In this document: positions 46,137 to 62,364 of the stretch, in pieces
Position numbering within the stretch: position 1 is the stretch's first letter
Layout: every line of letters begins with the position of its first letter
Assembly (NCBI RefSeq): GCF_009914755.1
Contig: NC_060931.1
Source of the DNA: the human T2T-CHM13v2.0 reference genome, Homo sapiens
Length of the DNA: 64,000 nt
Reading direction: 5' to 3' (one strand)
Translations under genes and position numbers: made by a program
The notes under the pieces: model-generated
Told to the model about the DNA's origin: nothing
Databases searched by the model: none
Seen by the model: the letters and a program-made list of their open reading frames with translations, nothing else

Positions 46137-47069
46137 ACATATGATAAAATAGAGCATTTTAAAAACAAGTTTTTGAAAAGATTAAGAATTTATAAAAAGC
46201 TCTAAGAAGGAAACTTCAAATACGGATCTCAATCACAAGCAAGGTACAAAATATTATGGATAATTCAGAAAAGAAAGGAGAAATACTGTGTATGTGAGTG
46301 TGTGTATGTGTGCATATATATATCGTATGTATTTTCATGTGATTATATATAGAAATAGATAGATGGATAGAAAGACAGGTATTATGGTGAAGTTCCGAAG
46401 CACTGTTTAATTAAATCTGAAACTACAGAGTGAGTTTTTAACATTCTCCATTCTCATTCATTCTCCCCTCTGCCCAACTAATTTCCATTTTAAAAACATA
46501 TGGTAGATTGAAGAAAGTCTATAGACTATTCTTCCCATTGCCAAATGCCCGTTTTCTCTATATTTGTTGTTTTTCATCTTTGAGTATGATGGACAATGAT
46601 TATATATGTTATGCATTTGGGGACTGAAGTTGGGGTAAGTCTTAGAGATTATTAGCCTAGTCATCTCCCTTTTTTCTTACAAAGCATGGAAACTAGGGAT
46701 GAGACTAAAATGAAACCAGCCACTATATTCATTAATATTTTTAGTTTCTGGATAAAGTTCAAATGGATAATAATTTTGAGAATACAATTTAGTCCATGGC
46801 ACACCACCAAAATGTTTCATAACCAAAATGTAACCTAATGGAAAACCAAGAATTCACAAACTAAAAGATTTCTTAGTTAAAAAAAGAACACAGTAATTGA
46901 AAAGCTAGAGGGTAAGATACTGCAGAATCTAAATTAAGTACCTCAAATTTCAAATGAAAATAAATTTTAGTGGCTTTGTATCTTAAGCAATATATAGGTG
47001 TCCAGCCTGGGTGTGCCTAGGTGAGGTTATATCCATAGGTTTAGGTTATATGCAGTATAGAAATGAGGC

Positions 47070-48163
<1,094 letters not shown>

Positions 48164-49239
48164 GAGAAAAGCTGATATATTACGGTCAAGTTACTCTGGG
48201 AAAAGGCATGCTACTATTTTAAGAGGCTAGATGACAAAATGAGCATAGAATAAAAGGAATCAAGAGCTTTTCATTAGGGCTTCAAGTGAAGGAGCAATGA
48301 CCCAAGTATGTGATCAAGTTAAAAGGTCAGCTCCAGATAATGAATGGATCTTGAAATGTCTCAGAAAATTGATATTTCTTTTTTCTTTCAATGCTACATA
48401 AGAGTCTGGATACTCAAGCATACTTTTCAGGAATTTCCATAGATACATAACATAAACCTCTATAAATTATAGATTATCACATTCTGCCAATGGTGAGATT
48501 GTTGAGTTAAAGAACAAAACCAAAAGCACTACACTGCTGTACACGTGAGACAGTGGACACTAATGCTAATGTCAAAATAAAGTGGTATCCTCCATTTGCT
48601 GTCTACCAATCCCTGTGTCTGAGATGTTAGGAAGGGGACACTGTACAATAATGAGTTTATTTTTTCTTTATTCCTTAGTATAATACCTGTTTCTACCTTG
48701 ATGAATTCAGCTGGATGTCCCAGATTGAAATTCGAAGGCTCACCAATATTTACCTTTTTTCAGTCCAAAGCTAAGAGCAACACCTGGACAACATTTGTTT
48801 GAACATTTATCAATTCTTGATAGGGAGACAATTTTTTCAATCTCATATCTTCTTGTTTCTGAAGAAATTTTGTATGAAAATGTGCATGTCTGAATTTACT
48901 AGGGAAGGCCTGTTGGCTGTTTATTCCTCACAGAATAGCATTAATCTTGGCAATTCATCAGAAACTGGAGGTTGGTTCTCAGACGTACAAACGTAGAAAC
49001 TTGATAGCATATCAAGAACAAACTCTTCTTTAAGAATAGATTAATAATAATCAAACTCATAGAGGTTGATCTGTATAATCAAATGCTTGTTATTGTCCAG
49101 TGAAAAGAATAATCGTACAAATCAACATTTTTGCACCTGTTTAATGCATTGGACACAATCATTTTTGGAAAAATCATTTATCGTCAGGAGTTTGGAATAA
49201 ACATGGAACCATAGCAAAGGAACTTGTGTTGGTGAAATA

Positions 49240-49917
49240 TAATTGGAAACAAAACCTCTGCCCAATTCAGAAAACGTTACTGCAAAGATGAAAAGAGAAA
49301 TAAAAGTTTTATTATTGAAAATGCATTAAACCACAATGTGATGTGAATCACAGGCAATCTGTTAAAGAGACTGCAAAGGCAAAAAGACATTTCACCCTCC
49401 TATAGCCAACAGATACAGTCCATTTCATACATGTTCTCAAGATGAAGAATAACTAGGTTTCCAGTGGGAAAACTTAACAGCACCATTTGTCACACCTAGT
49501 TTGTCCTCATTTCACTTGGTAATTGGGGTGACTCTGTGTCAGCTTATTGGCTTTATTCAAAAGAAAAATCAATTTCTCACTTATTTATGACAGGAGATAA
49601 TTTTGCAACTTGGAATGAGGCTTCCACTGATGTTAGCTCCCATTCTCCTACAGAAACTGGGAGATAGGGTGCTATGTTCCTTGATGATTATATTTCAAAC
49701 GATGGTTCTGAGGTCCTTGAGAAAGACATTTTTGGGTCATTAGGCTGGCAAGAGGCTTATTAAATTTGTGAAAGGATTCACATATATTTTAAAAAGAAGA
49801 GAAAGAGTTTACAAGCTTTTAAAAGTAAATGCTTGAAGAAAAGGGAAGGGGAGAGTAGTCTCCTCTCTTAACAGGGAGAATTAAGCCTCTTACTTTGAAT
49901 TTGTATTTGCCCTTAGA
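49240..49917 (-). mobile_element. Old ERV1 LTR (MER67-like)
   Basis: Minus strand starts ~TCTAAGGGCAAATACAAATT..AAGAGGCTTAATTCTCCCTGTT; AATAAA near the other end. Confidence 0.6.
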
Positions 49918-51127
49918 GTTGGGATATTCCGATGCTGAATTTGCATCATAGTTGAGTTGGCTGGATTTCCTTCTAGATGTTTGGATTTTTACTTTCTACC
50001 TTTGCTTTTCAGTCTCTCACAACCACACCCCACCCGTCACCAGCAAACTCACTTTTCCATCCATTAACACATTCTTCCTTTAATATGTTTCATTCAATCA
50101 GATTACCATTAGCCAGGGGAGCTATTCAGTCTGAGGCAAATTTGCTTACTGGTGCTTTATACATTGATTTTCAAAGTTTGTCTCTTAAGGCAAACTCATT
50201 TCCTTTTCCTCCAAGTTCTTATGTAGTACTACATAAAAAGAATCTAATGGCACAGTTTACCTGGAGTACCCTAGAGCAGGCACTCAGCAACTATTGAGGA
50301 TTGATTGAGAAACCTCATTAACTGAAAGCTTGGCATAGGTTTCATTCCAGTTCAACTGGTTTCTGTGTAAAGCTGTATATTGGCAATTACAGGAATGGTT
50401 TCCATTTCCCTTTGCTGTTAAAGAAACTAGCAGAATTAAGCAATCAATGACATTACCAAAATAATGACTACATCTAAAATGGAAACATTCCAATTGGCTT
50501 GTGAATCATTATTTAACCTCTTGAGATTTACCTGAGCTTGTATGATACTTTGCTGTGAAAATTTAGAATAGCAAGAAATCTTGCAGCTGAACTAAGACTA
50601 GTGACCTATTCAGCTTCTGTTTCCCTGTATGGCTATCTAGCTACTTTATTAGCATGTTCATTGCTGTGGGTTCTGCTACTGCCTTTGGCACTGTGAGACA
50701 CTCAGATTAACATGCAGATAGGGAACCTTTGCCTTAATTGCCTTAGGGCTCAATTCATCCAAAATTACCATTGGAGGCAGCTCTGCTGACCTATGTCCAC
50801 TGATTTAATAAGAAAAAATCACCATTCCTAAGAGTAAGAAACTTTCAGCTGCTAAGTTAAGTTTGTGCTTCTTGCTCCAGAGGCATGTTCCTTCAAATAA
50901 GGTGTTTTGGTTTTTTTGTTTTTTGTTTTTTGTTTTTGTTTTATTTTTATTTTTATTTTTTTGCCGTGGATAACATGAAAAACAAAGAGAAATTAATACT
51001 GCTATGTTTAAACAGATCCTATATTAGTAACCAAATGTAATGTTTCTGCAAGACATTCTAGTAACACAGTTTCTGCAAGATCACTACTAACTGCATGTCT
51101 GGGTTTAGAAATAAGAGCCAATTCACT

Positions 51128-51362
51128 CTTTTTTATTCTTATTATACTTTAAGGTCTGGGTTACATGTGCAGAACATGCAGGTTTGTTACATAGGTATAC
51201 ACATGCCATGGTGGTTTGTTGCACCCATCAACCCATCACCTACATTAGGTATTTCTCCTAGTGTTATCCCTCCCCTAGACCCCCACCTCCCACCAGGCCC
51301 CAGTGTGTGATGTTCCCCTCCCTGTGTCCATGTGTTCTCATTGTTCAACTCCCACTTGTGAG
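51128..51362 (-). mobile_element. Short 5'-truncated L1PA 3' end
   Basis: TTATACTTTAAG..CATGTGCAGAACATGCAGG; TSD-like TTCACTC. Confidence 0.9.
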
Positions 51363-51639
51363 CAGTTCACTCATTTTAAGGTCAAAGTTTTGTATTCTCT
51401 GCCAGATAATAGCAATTTATAAAAAACCTGTGATGACTCCTGCATTATTATAGACTGTCCATCAATTGGTATACATTTGCCTGAAATTCAAATGTGCCAA
51501 AGATATTTCTAGGGAACAATTTTCCAAATACAAGGCAAAATTGTGAGGCACTCTCTCTTTGGAGATTACAAAAAGGAATGGTCTCAAAGTGAAAACAACA
51601 ACACACTCATAAGATGCAACAGACCTGAGAACAGATCCA

Positions 51640-51830
51640 TCTCTGCTAATTACCAGATTTGTGAGCTTGGGTAAGTTATTAATCTCTTTGAGCCTTAATT
51701 TTCTCATATGTGTATTTTACCTTATAGTCACTATACATAATACCATAACATGGTTTATAATAGAGTGTTAAGAAGAACACACAAAACAGCTGACACATAG
51801 CAGATGTTCAATAAAGGATAGCTCTTATAA
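51640..51830 (+). mobile_element. MIR
   Basis: GTGAGCTTGGGTAAGTTATTAATCTCTTTGAGCC; TTCAATAAA. Confidence 0.75.
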
Positions 51831-52292
51831 TTTTCCTATCAAAGGTTCTATAGCATCCTCTTTAGAGAGCACTGAAAAATGAAAATTATGATTTGCTGGG
51901 TACTCTTTGGACTCTGATGGCATAATTTCTGTACCTGGTATTAGTGCACCATGTTTTCATAATGAGCTCTAATTTGTTGCTAACACATTATCCTTTTCCT
52001 GCAAAAGCATCCAAGTCATGTGTTAGTCTGTCAGGTCTAAAAAACAATCCCATCAAAATATGTATTCATGCTTTTAGAAAAATGTTCCTTACATATTTGT
52101 CATCGGATATTACAGTTTTGTTTTTACTCAAAACCTGATCATCAAGCAATAACCTGATTCCCATGGTATATATTTTTTTAAAAAAGGCATGATGTATTAG
52201 AAATAACACTTTCTTAAAGGGGAAAAAAACAAAGATTTTATCTAATCAAGAATCTTAAAAGAACAAGAAAGATAGAATTTTGGTACTGATGG

Positions 52293-52843
52293 TGTAACTG
52301 AACTCAGGTCTGGCTGCTCACTGTTCAAAAGTCAAAATAGGAGAATTGAGGTGCAATGAAAGGAAAACAATTCTATTCAGATACTAGCACTTGGGAGATG
52401 GCTAGGCGCAGGCCTCAAAAGAACCATCTCAAAAGTTTAGGCTGAATGAAGGGGTTTAAAAAGGGAAAACTGGTGTGAGAAACATGCAGGAGTGGGGCAG
52501 AGTGCAGCATCTGTGTGTCTTGTTCCAGTGGCTGTCTTGAGTTATTGTCCACCTGGAGTGTGTGCTGACACCATGTTGACAAAGGCTGGTCGTAGATTAA
52601 CGGCCTTGAGGCAATCTCTAGATGGGAAGAATTGCATAGCTGAGTCTCCATGCCTGTTTTATTTTAAGATTAGCCCCCGGAATTTTTAAGCAAGCACATA
52701 ATTAGATAAGCAAGTGCAGTACAAGGGAGTTCCTGGTGGGAAAGAAGGGACACAAAGAGTTTCAAAGTATATTTCAAGGCTAATATGAGAGAGAAGACAA
52801 AAAAGTTTTAAAATGCGTTTTAAAGCCAAGCAACTCAGTTACA
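52293..52843 (-). mobile_element. ERV1-type solo LTR (subfamily unassigned)
   Basis: Perfect terminal inverted repeat TGTAACTGA...TCAGTTACA; ~550 bp. Confidence 0.7.
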
Positions 52844-53129
52844 AGAGGCCTTTAGAGCGCATCTTATTCAGTTCTCTCACTCCCTTCCCTCCCTCCCACA
52901 GTTTTCAAATGATAAAACTGATGCTGAGAGATATTAAATAATTTTGTTTTGATATTGCTAAGAGCAAAGCTCAGATTTCCTGACATTCCATTTTTTCATG
53001 GTGTTCATTTTCTTTGTACACAGAGCTTCAAAGAGAAAAGAACTGTCAAGTTTCAAAACTTCAATCCTCACTCTCATCTTTTCATACTTGAATATATTTT
53101 AAAAATAAATGGTGAGGTAAATATTTGCT

Positions 53130-53640
53130 AGTTTTGCCTGCTTCAAATGGATTACCCTTCTGGTAACAGAACTAATGTTGCCCTTGGGCATCCATTCCAC
53201 CCCTGCTTTTATTCCACATGATGGGATAGACTGATGCCCTTCTGGCCCCATGGGTGGGTAAGTCTGGCCTGGCCAATCAGAATCCCTTGGTCAACAGTGA
53301 TTTGTTCATAGATGGGCACATGACTCATTGTCCCAGAAGACTCAGTTTGGGACTTTGTGTTGTTGAAAACAAAAATATCTTTTATGTTACACTTAATCAG
53401 AAAAGACATAGATTTGGAGCTTTGGGGGCATCACCAAGAGAGCCTTTATAAATTTTAAGCCAACACAGAAACACAGAGGAAAACAGAATTAATATCGGGA
53501 GATTGACTCCTGAAGATATTATTTGAATGCCATGTATGAAGTTACTTCTATCCTTGAACTTTTTTATTACTGAAATTTATAAATCTTTTCTTTTTTTTTT
53601 TGCTTAAGGAGATTTGAATTGGGTTTATTACAAGTTGTAA
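53130..53640 (+). mobile_element. Old ERVL/MaLR-class LTR remnant
   Basis: CTGGCCAATCAGAATC, TGCTTAAG..TTTGAATTGGGTTT 3' signature. Confidence 0.5.
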
Positions 53641-54264
53641 TGAAGCAATACAAAAAGGAGAAACTATAAGAGTTGAAGAGATAGAAAGGATTTAGGGGGC
53701 CATTGTGAGGAATATTCTTGTTCATCAGCCATGGCCAAAGTTAACAACAGAATTAAATCCTCCAAAAGATCTAGTCACCTTCCCCACTTACCCTGACGCC
53801 TGCCTAAGTCACAAACCAAGTACACTGGCTATGGTCAACTTGTCTCTCTATGTTGAAGCTTCAGGTTCTTATTTGGGTAAACAAACTCAGATTTATTCTT
53901 TCCTTTGGTTCTTAAATTAATTTAGCATTCTTCATAAGTTTTTTAATAAAGTAATTGACATTTAAAATCAAGAATGAAAGTTTTTCTGTTTTGAAATATG
54001 TTTCTGAATGACAAAGTAATATATAGGTATTCTAAAATATTTGAAAAAGAAGAATTAACAAAGACAAGGCAATAAAAATTGATAACACCATCTCCTAGAA
54101 AAACTAATTTTAATATATGCATTTATAATGTTTTCTATATACAAGTATTCATGTATAATTTGTATTGAACATATTACATGGCTTTGCAAGTTACTTTTTT
54201 CATGGAGTAATTTGTTGTAACTCTTTCTCCAGGTCAACAAAACATTCTTCTAAAACCCAATTTT

Positions 54265-54660
54265 ATCATTTAGGGTTTTTGTTTGCAAAAGACCAGCTCT
54301 AGTTATCTTAAACAGAAAAATAACTTATGTGCACAATGCAGGGAAAGTTGCAAAATTTAAGGAAATATAAAGAAGAGTTTTAAGGAATCATCTTGCTTCA
54401 TGAACTGAGAGAGAAGAATGCAATGCATAATTTATTCAAGATAGGGTGAATAAATTTCAACTTTAGAGCTCTTGCCTTTCAAATTGTATGCCCAGAACAT
54501 CTGTCCAAGCCTGGCTCACATGCTTACCATTGGTCCAAGAGAAGGTGGTCACCCTCAAGGTTATGTCCAATGTTGGCAGGGATATATCCCAAAGAAAAAT
54601 TTGGATGCTACTGTTAAATGAAAGAAGAATAAATTCTTGGCAGTTAAAATAGGAGATGTA
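54265..54660 (-). mobile_element. Old MLT1 LTR remnant
   Basis: TTAGGGTTTTTGTTTGCAA..CTTAAACAGAAAA; CCCAAAGAAAAAT. Confidence 0.45.
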
Positions 54661-55083
54661 CACTGTGACAATTTTTAATAACTAGAGGGTAGTCAGTTAT
54701 TTAAGATAATATACATAACCATATTAAACTGGTCCATTATTATTGGACATCTAGGTTGCCTCTAATGTTTCTTTATTATAAGCAATAATGTGGTAAAATC
54801 TCTTACAGTTTTAAGTAATTTTCCCAAAAAATGCAGAGGACTGTAATGGGGATAATTGGAGGTACAGAAAATGGCATAATTTGGAACAAAAAATAATCCC
54901 CATGCTTTAGAATGGCTTTTATGCCATGAGTCTGATAAATCTGACATAGTTCCATCCACTCATTCTTTCTGCAAACAGGTGTTGACAATCTATTATGGGC
55001 CAGGTGTGATTGTTGGAACTATGTTAGACACAAAAGGGAAAAATACATTTTCTGCTTTTAAGAAGTACACAAGATATGTACAG

Positions 55084-55102
55084 AGGTAGGTAGGTAGGTA
55101 GG

Positions 55103-55140
<38 letters not shown>
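55084..55140. repeat. (TAGG)n(TAGA)n tetranucleotide STR
   Basis: Direct reading. Confidence 0.95.
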
Positions 55141-55141
<1 letters not shown>

Positions 55142-57025
55142 ACTAGCTTCAAAAAAGAGTTTGAAATATCCTCTGGAAAATAAAAAAAGTGTGCATAATG
55201 TTGGGATGAACTGTTACTTTATCATTAGCTTCTGAAACTACTAGACAGTTGTTAGTTATGATTGCCCAACTTCTTTTTTTCATTTAAATGCCTTTTAAAA
55301 TAATTTCTTCATGTTCACAGAAGTTTCACTGACCATTTTTATATGTTTAAGGTCCAGATGCAGTGCATATTGTATAAAAGAGAGCACTTATTGTTTATCT
55401 TGCATGAATTAAACCTATGTATCTTTAACCCTACAAACTTCTGTATAACATTTAGACAAAGCTCAGACACATAGCATGCCTAGCCCATATATATATATAT
55501 ATACACATCTCTAATCACAGGAATATAGGGTGTCAAATATACTATAATAACCTCCATGTAAGGTTTGAAATTTGGTAACAAAACGAGAAAAACTAAAAAT
55601 ATTATTTTACGTGTTCTAAAATATCTCTTTTTTGTGCTAAAGTAAAATGTTAGCTCAACCTGAAAAGGACTTTTATATAATTCAGCAATATTATAATCTT
55701 GACCATTTTGCCAACACTTTTTAATAATAATGGCTTAAACATGTACAAAAGTTCTTAGTTAATTAGGGAAACAACACAGGTTGAATATCATTTGTACACT
55801 TAAACTGGGAATTTTAAGCTTAAATCAGAAAATGACTGAGACCTAAATCTCTCCAAATAAATATGTACTTATTTTATGCTATTCATTATATATGTATAAA
55901 ACTTTTGCCCTTATATGCCAGCTTCTCTCCTACTTTATACATGTATCTAAAAAGCAAACAAGGTTAACAACGCCATTTCCAAAATAATTCAATGATAAAT
56001 AGGATATTTAGCATATTTTCACTACTGAAACGAGAGTTAGTTTCAGAATAAGCCTTTAAGTGTGGGCTTTTTCTCAGACTAAGGAGGTGAAAGGCAGCTT
56101 TCCTTGGGCTATAGTGTATAGTAGCCTTAAAAAGCAATGATTGCCCAACTTCTTAAAATACTCTCCTTCCATTCTGATACTTCCATCTATCATGAGTTGT
56201 GTTTTCCCAAGATAGAAAACAGAAAGCTCTTAATCTTAGACTCCCTTGCAAAAAGGTGTTGATTTTGACTAGATTCTGCAATTAGATGTATATATGTGGA
56301 TAATGTGAGGAAATGGCCAGATGTAGGGGAATTATGTTTTATTCTATGGTGTGGTACTGGGGGAGCTTTGAGCATCGCTTCCTGAGCTTCACATGTACCA
56401 AGACTAGAGCAGCCTGCACAGCATGAATGGGCATTTTTTTCTAGCTGTGTGATTTCAGGGTGTGGCTCCCTGGCCCTTCCAGAGAGTCTGTGAATTAGCT
56501 TACGTCTTTCGATAAATTCATTTTTTGCTTAGACTCATGATAGTAGATTGTGTTGTTTATGACTGAGGGCCCTGACTGACACATTTACTGGTACCAGAAG
56601 TGACTGCAAGAAATGGACCCTCAAGGAAGTGAAGTTGAGACTGTTTATCTTACTTGCTTAAATTTTAGGGTAATGAGGACCCAGTGACCATGAAGAGGCT
56701 CCAGAACTTCATGACCTTCTGTTATGAAAAGTTACGTATAGTACTATCTGTGCTCAACAGAAAAGTGCCTACTGAAGGTAAGATTGCAGACAGAAGAGTC
56801 TGTGCCCATTGACTATTATAAAGGGTGGAAAGAATGTAAGGCTGCTTCTAACTGTAGTGGAGAAATAAAAGGAAAAAAAGAAAACAACAAAGTCACATGT
56901 TGAGTTTTTGTTTAAGGTTTGGTCAAAGTATCAGGGATTTTTCTATGACTGCTCTAAAAGGATTTCTTCTAATTTAATTGGTATAGCAGAAAAATCAGAT
57001 CCTAAAACCTATTAAGATTGTAATT

Positions 57026-57026
<1 letters not shown>

Positions 57027-57064
<38 letters not shown>

Positions 57065-57296
57065 GGAGTCTTGCTCTATCGCCCAGGCTGGAGTGCAGTG
57101 GCACGATCTCAGCTCACTGCAACCTCCAACTCTTGGGTACAAGTGAGCATATCTGCCAACTTTTTTTTTTTTTTTTTTTTAATAGAGCGTTTCACCATTT
57201 TGGCCAGACTGGTCTCTAACTCCTGACCTGAAGTGATATGCCCACCTCGGCCTCCCAAAGTGCTGGGATCACAGGCATGAGGTACCACACCTGGCC
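57027..57296 (-). mobile_element. AluS with large right-arm deletion
   Basis: TACAAGTGA joined to GCATATCTGCCAAC; TSD TGTAATTT. Confidence 0.9.
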
Positions 57297-57569
57297 TGTA
57301 ATTTGATTTGAATTTATAGCCTCAGCACGTCTCTTCTGTGAAGGTTATAGGATCATACCTGAAAATGACCTGGCATTTGTCCAATCTAAGACAATAGTTG
57401 TGAAGATAATCAACATTATCTGACACATAGGGTTTATTGATGATGAGATCTTTAAGACTAAACCATATGGGCAATCTATTAACATTTCATTTGAACTATA
57501 TAACAACAAAAATAACACTCTAGGTCTGTCAAAAAAAAGACTTGAATTAAAAAATAACAAAAGAATCAT

Positions 57570-57928
57570 CGTCTTAGTCCATTTAGGCTGCTATAACAAA
57601 ATATAATAGACTAGGTGGCTTATAAACAAGAACAATTTGTTTCTTACAGTTCTGAAGGGTGGAAAGTCTAAGAATATGGCACTGGCAGATTTGTGCCTGG
57701 TGAGGGCCTGTTTTCTAGTTGATAAATGGTATTTTGTTGCTGTGTCTTCACATAGCGAAAAGGGTGAGGGTCTTGCTGAGGCCTTATTATAAGGAAAGTA
57801 ATTTCATTCATAAGGGCTCTGCCCTTATAGCCTAATCACCTCCTAAATACCCCATATTGTAAAACCATCACCTTGGTGGTTAGGATTTCAACATGTGAAT
57901 TTTTCACGGACACATTCAGACCACAGCA
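57570..57928 (-). mobile_element. MLT1A/MST-type MaLR solo LTR
   Basis: GTCTTAGTCCATTTAGGCTGCTATAACAAAAT...CATTCAGACCACAGCA; TSD A(T/C)CAT. Confidence 0.85.
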
Positions 57929-59708
57929 ACCATTCTCCCTTGAAAAGCTGGTAATAGGATGACGCAAGAAAATCATTTAAGATACAAGGTTTGATGCAGT
58001 AACAGCACTTGCACGAACCAGAGTGAAATTTTGTGCTCTAGGCACGTCACTTGCCTCACCCCAGTCCCAGCCTTGTCCCTCATTTTATTACTAGATTCAA
58101 GGTAGTTCACAGACTTAAAGCGTTTCATAGACCTAAAACACATTAACTGAAGGATAGGCAAAATAACATTATAAACATGTACCAGAAAATTCCCCCAGCC
58201 CACTCCAAAGGAATCAATAACATTTACTAAAAGAAAAAAAAAATGTATGCATTGGGAAAGAGAAACACATAAACTTTGTTGGGAGAGGTTATTAGATACT
58301 AACAATGAGCCAGTTCCAATTCTTGGGGACCCAGAATGTCTTTCTCAACCAGGCTACAGGGTGATAAAAGGAATTTTGGTTCAAGACTGTCTCACCGTGG
58401 GCCCAGTGGTTCCCGAAAATATCCTGTATTTTTTTTCTAAGTGCTTCCATGTGTGTATGTATGTATGTGTGTGTATTTGAAATAGATATACTTAACACCT
58501 GGTAGAATTGCTGTGTTGGCTGCCTAGTCATGACATGAAGTCATGACTATTATGACTATTAGAGGAAGGGCCAAATAGAAGCCTCTGGAACTCCTTCCCC
58601 TTAGCAAAATTTGAATCCAAAATCAAACTCATTCTAGGAGAACTGCAAAGATTAGTTCTACCATCTAAAAGTTGAAATATGCAGGGATGGTGATTCCTAT
58701 CATATCTCCATTCAATTTCCCTATTTGGTTTGTTTAGAAAACAGCAAAGTCTTAGAGAATGGTAGAATATGGTTGTAAATTTCATCAGGTGATGACTTCA
58801 AATACAGCTGATGTTGTAGATATATTCTCTTTATGTGACCACATCAACAAAGCCTACTGTGAAGCAATTTAGCTGGCAGCAGTTGCTCTCTATGTCCAAC
58901 AAAGAGAGAATATCAAAGGCAGTTTGCTTTTATCTAGCAAGGATAGCAACATAACATTGTTATCCTACATAAAAACAATATTGACTCCCTTGATTTAAGC
59001 TACAGTTTAATCCACAAGAACCTCAATCATCTCATCATCCTACAAGAGAGCATACTAGGCTACTATATTGCTGACATCATCAGAGCAGGTATCAGGTCTT
59101 TCAGATATCATGGATACACACTTGCATGCAGGGAATAGGAAACAAAGCCTGTAAAAGTACAGTAGCCTGCCACCTCAATGAAGTTCCTGGTGTCCAGTAA
59201 TCTAAAATAAGTTGAAATAGCCCCTCCAAAGTTAAAAGTTGCTGTAATTTGCTCTCCTTACTGTTAAGAAAGAGGCCCAGAGTCGCAATGCTTAGTGAAC
59301 CTCTTTGAGGTTTGGAAACCATTGGTATCTTATTTGAGTAAGTTACTCTAACATCTTTAGCAGATATCCCATAAGACTTCTGCTTTGAGTGGGATGTGGA
59401 GCAAAAAGTCTCTTTAGCTGGTTGAAAATGGAGTGCAAATTACTCTCTCTCAACACACATGACCCAGCAGATGCACTGGCATTTAAACTGACTTTGGTAA
59501 ACTTATGAAACCTATGGCATAAGAAAATAATGCACAAGCCTCTACCTTTTTACAACTATTTTGCTGTAAAACAAACAGCATATTTTATGTTGTCTTTGGA
59601 AAGAAAATATCTTTGTTTTAAGAAAAAGCTTCTCACTTGTTGCTGGCTTCTGATAAAGACCAAAGTTTGGATCACAGGACTCCAGGAGCATGCTTCTTCT
59701 AGATCTAG

Positions 59709-60093
<385 letters not shown>

Positions 60094-61544
60094 TTTCTTG
60101 ACATTTTCTAAGTGCCCCTGTGTTGTCTGTAATTAGCCGGAGCTTGTAGTGCTATCTGGGTGGTATGCTCCGAGTCTGCATAGGGATTTTTGTGCTCCAT
60201 TTCCTGTTTCTCTTTGGTATCCTTCACAATCCTCTGCCCCACATCTACCAGATGCTCTGAGAAGCTCCAAATTCACGCTATGGTCCTATAGCCAGGTGCT
60301 GGCTACAAGAAGGTGCCTTTGTGAGCAAGTCATTCTTACCACCTGATGCAGTGTTTCTTTCATGAGACCCCTTAAGATTAGATTGATGACAGAATAGTGC
60401 TCATGTGCTGATTTGGGCTTCATTTTGGACAGAGAACAAGTGCAGGGGTCTGGGCTACTGACAGTCTACTGCTGTTTCTTGAGCTGCATATCTGTGCCCA
60501 TGTGTTGCCTCTCATCTGTTTGTGCGCTGATGTGGTACTGTCTCTGGTTTATTGCACCTAAGGGTAGTAAGAGTGATGGTAGGCATTCTTTATGTACCCT
60601 CCCTTCGGCTACCCCCACCCCTGCCACTGGCACTCAGGGAAGTCACCCAATTCCTCCTTAGGGCTCTGTACCATGTGTTAGGCAGTCCTCTGCAGGTGGC
60701 TACATCTGTCTCCCCTGAGGTCTTCCAAGGCTATTTCTTTGGAACTTCCACAGGTCCCTTCAGCTGATGTCTTTTTTGCCCCTGATCAATGTGGTGAGGT
60801 CGTACTCATGGGGATTAATCTTAGGCGATGTGAGATGAAAGATGGGCAGTCCTTGTGAAGATAGGAACATTCTTCTCACTCTGCCCAAGGTCCCTTTACG
60901 TATCTTTCCCCACTGTTGATTTATGAAAGGTAAAAATGAGGTATCAAAAGATAAAGTTTTCTAGGAATACAGCAATTACAGCTTAATGAGTTCAAAAGAA
61001 GAAATTGTTGTAAGATATGTGGTTATATGTTTATATAAACATACAACTATAAAATCCTGTATAGTAAATTTAACATGATCAGAAAGCAAATTATTGTTCA
61101 TATTTCCCCACATGCTGTTGTTAAAACCTGCATTTGTGGTCATTATCAGTGAACCACAATAACAATATTTAAGAAAATTATTGGGAGCCTGTATTCAGGG
61201 ATAGCTAAATGAATAACACAGTGTCATAGGTAATCATGTAACAATCCCTAATAAGAGGTATTAGGAGATTGCAGAGGCATGAAAATCTATATTGTTTCAA
61301 TATAATAAATTCTAAAGAGACATGGCCGTGTGAATAATAAAGAGTTGCTACTTTTACCTCATGGTGGGAGATGTGAACTTAGACAATAATGGCGCATTTG
61401 AAAACAACAAACTGTTGAAAAGGGTTCCTAGGCTGGATCAGGAAAAGTCTTGTGTACATATACTGCTGGAACACCATAGCACATTTCACATGTGTGCACT
61501 TAATAAATCACTGTTAAGTGAGTGAAATAATAAAATAAACTGCT

Positions 61545-61776
61545 TTAAACTTTTTTATTTTTGTAGATTTAGGGGATACAAGTGCATTTTTGTTACATGG
61601 GTATATTGCACAGTAACGAAGTCTGGACTGTTAGTGTACTCATCACGCAGATAGTGTACGCTGTACCCAATAGATAATTTTTCATCCCTCACCCCACTCT
61701 TATCTTCCCACTTTTTGGAGTCTACAATGTCTATTATTTCACATACCTAGTATTTAGCCTACTTACATGTGAGAAC
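61545..61776 (-). mobile_element. Short L1MA/L1PB 3' end
   Basis: TTTAGGGGATACAAGTGCA..TTACATGGGTATATTGC; TSD AAACTGC. Confidence 0.8.
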
Positions 61777-62260
61777 AAAACTGCATGTTATTAATCAGAA
61801 GTGCATCTACACATTTTTGAAAAATAGCAATGTATCGATAGGGAAGTCATATTATTTATGTTGTCTAAAGACAATTTTGTGTTCATATATGTATTTTTGG
61901 TTCCTTCTCAAGGTTATAAAAAGCAGCAGAAGGCATTTTCAGAGTATATAATAGCAAAATAAACAGTAAGGGCTGAGATGAGTATAGCTGAAACCTGGTG
62001 ATCCACTAGTGCTCTCTGGTACTATCATGTTCACTAGAGTTAATGGCATACTAAAGCAAATCCATTCAGGCATGGTCATCAAGGGTTCACTTCATTAAGG
62101 AATAAAATTTGGTTCTCCTTGCCTGTCAAAAAAATCTTGATCAGCTGAGTTGGTGGCTAAGGGCAAAGGCAACATTGAATAGATAATGAAGGAAAGAAAT
62201 AATAAACACCAACTATGGTCTTTTTGACTTATTTGGAGAAATGCAGATGGTATTTAAAGC

Positions 62261-62345
62261 ACAATTGGCTATCTGTATTTGTGAGTTCCAAATCTGTGGA
62301 GTCAACTAACCATGAATCAAAAATATTAATTAATAAAACAATAAA
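62261..62345. mobile_element. Tigger-family terminal fragment
   Basis: ATCTGTGGAGTCAACTAACCATGAATCAAAAATATT resembles a Tigger4/Zombi end. Confidence 0.55.
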
Positions 62346-62364
62346 ACATAGCAACACAAATCCA

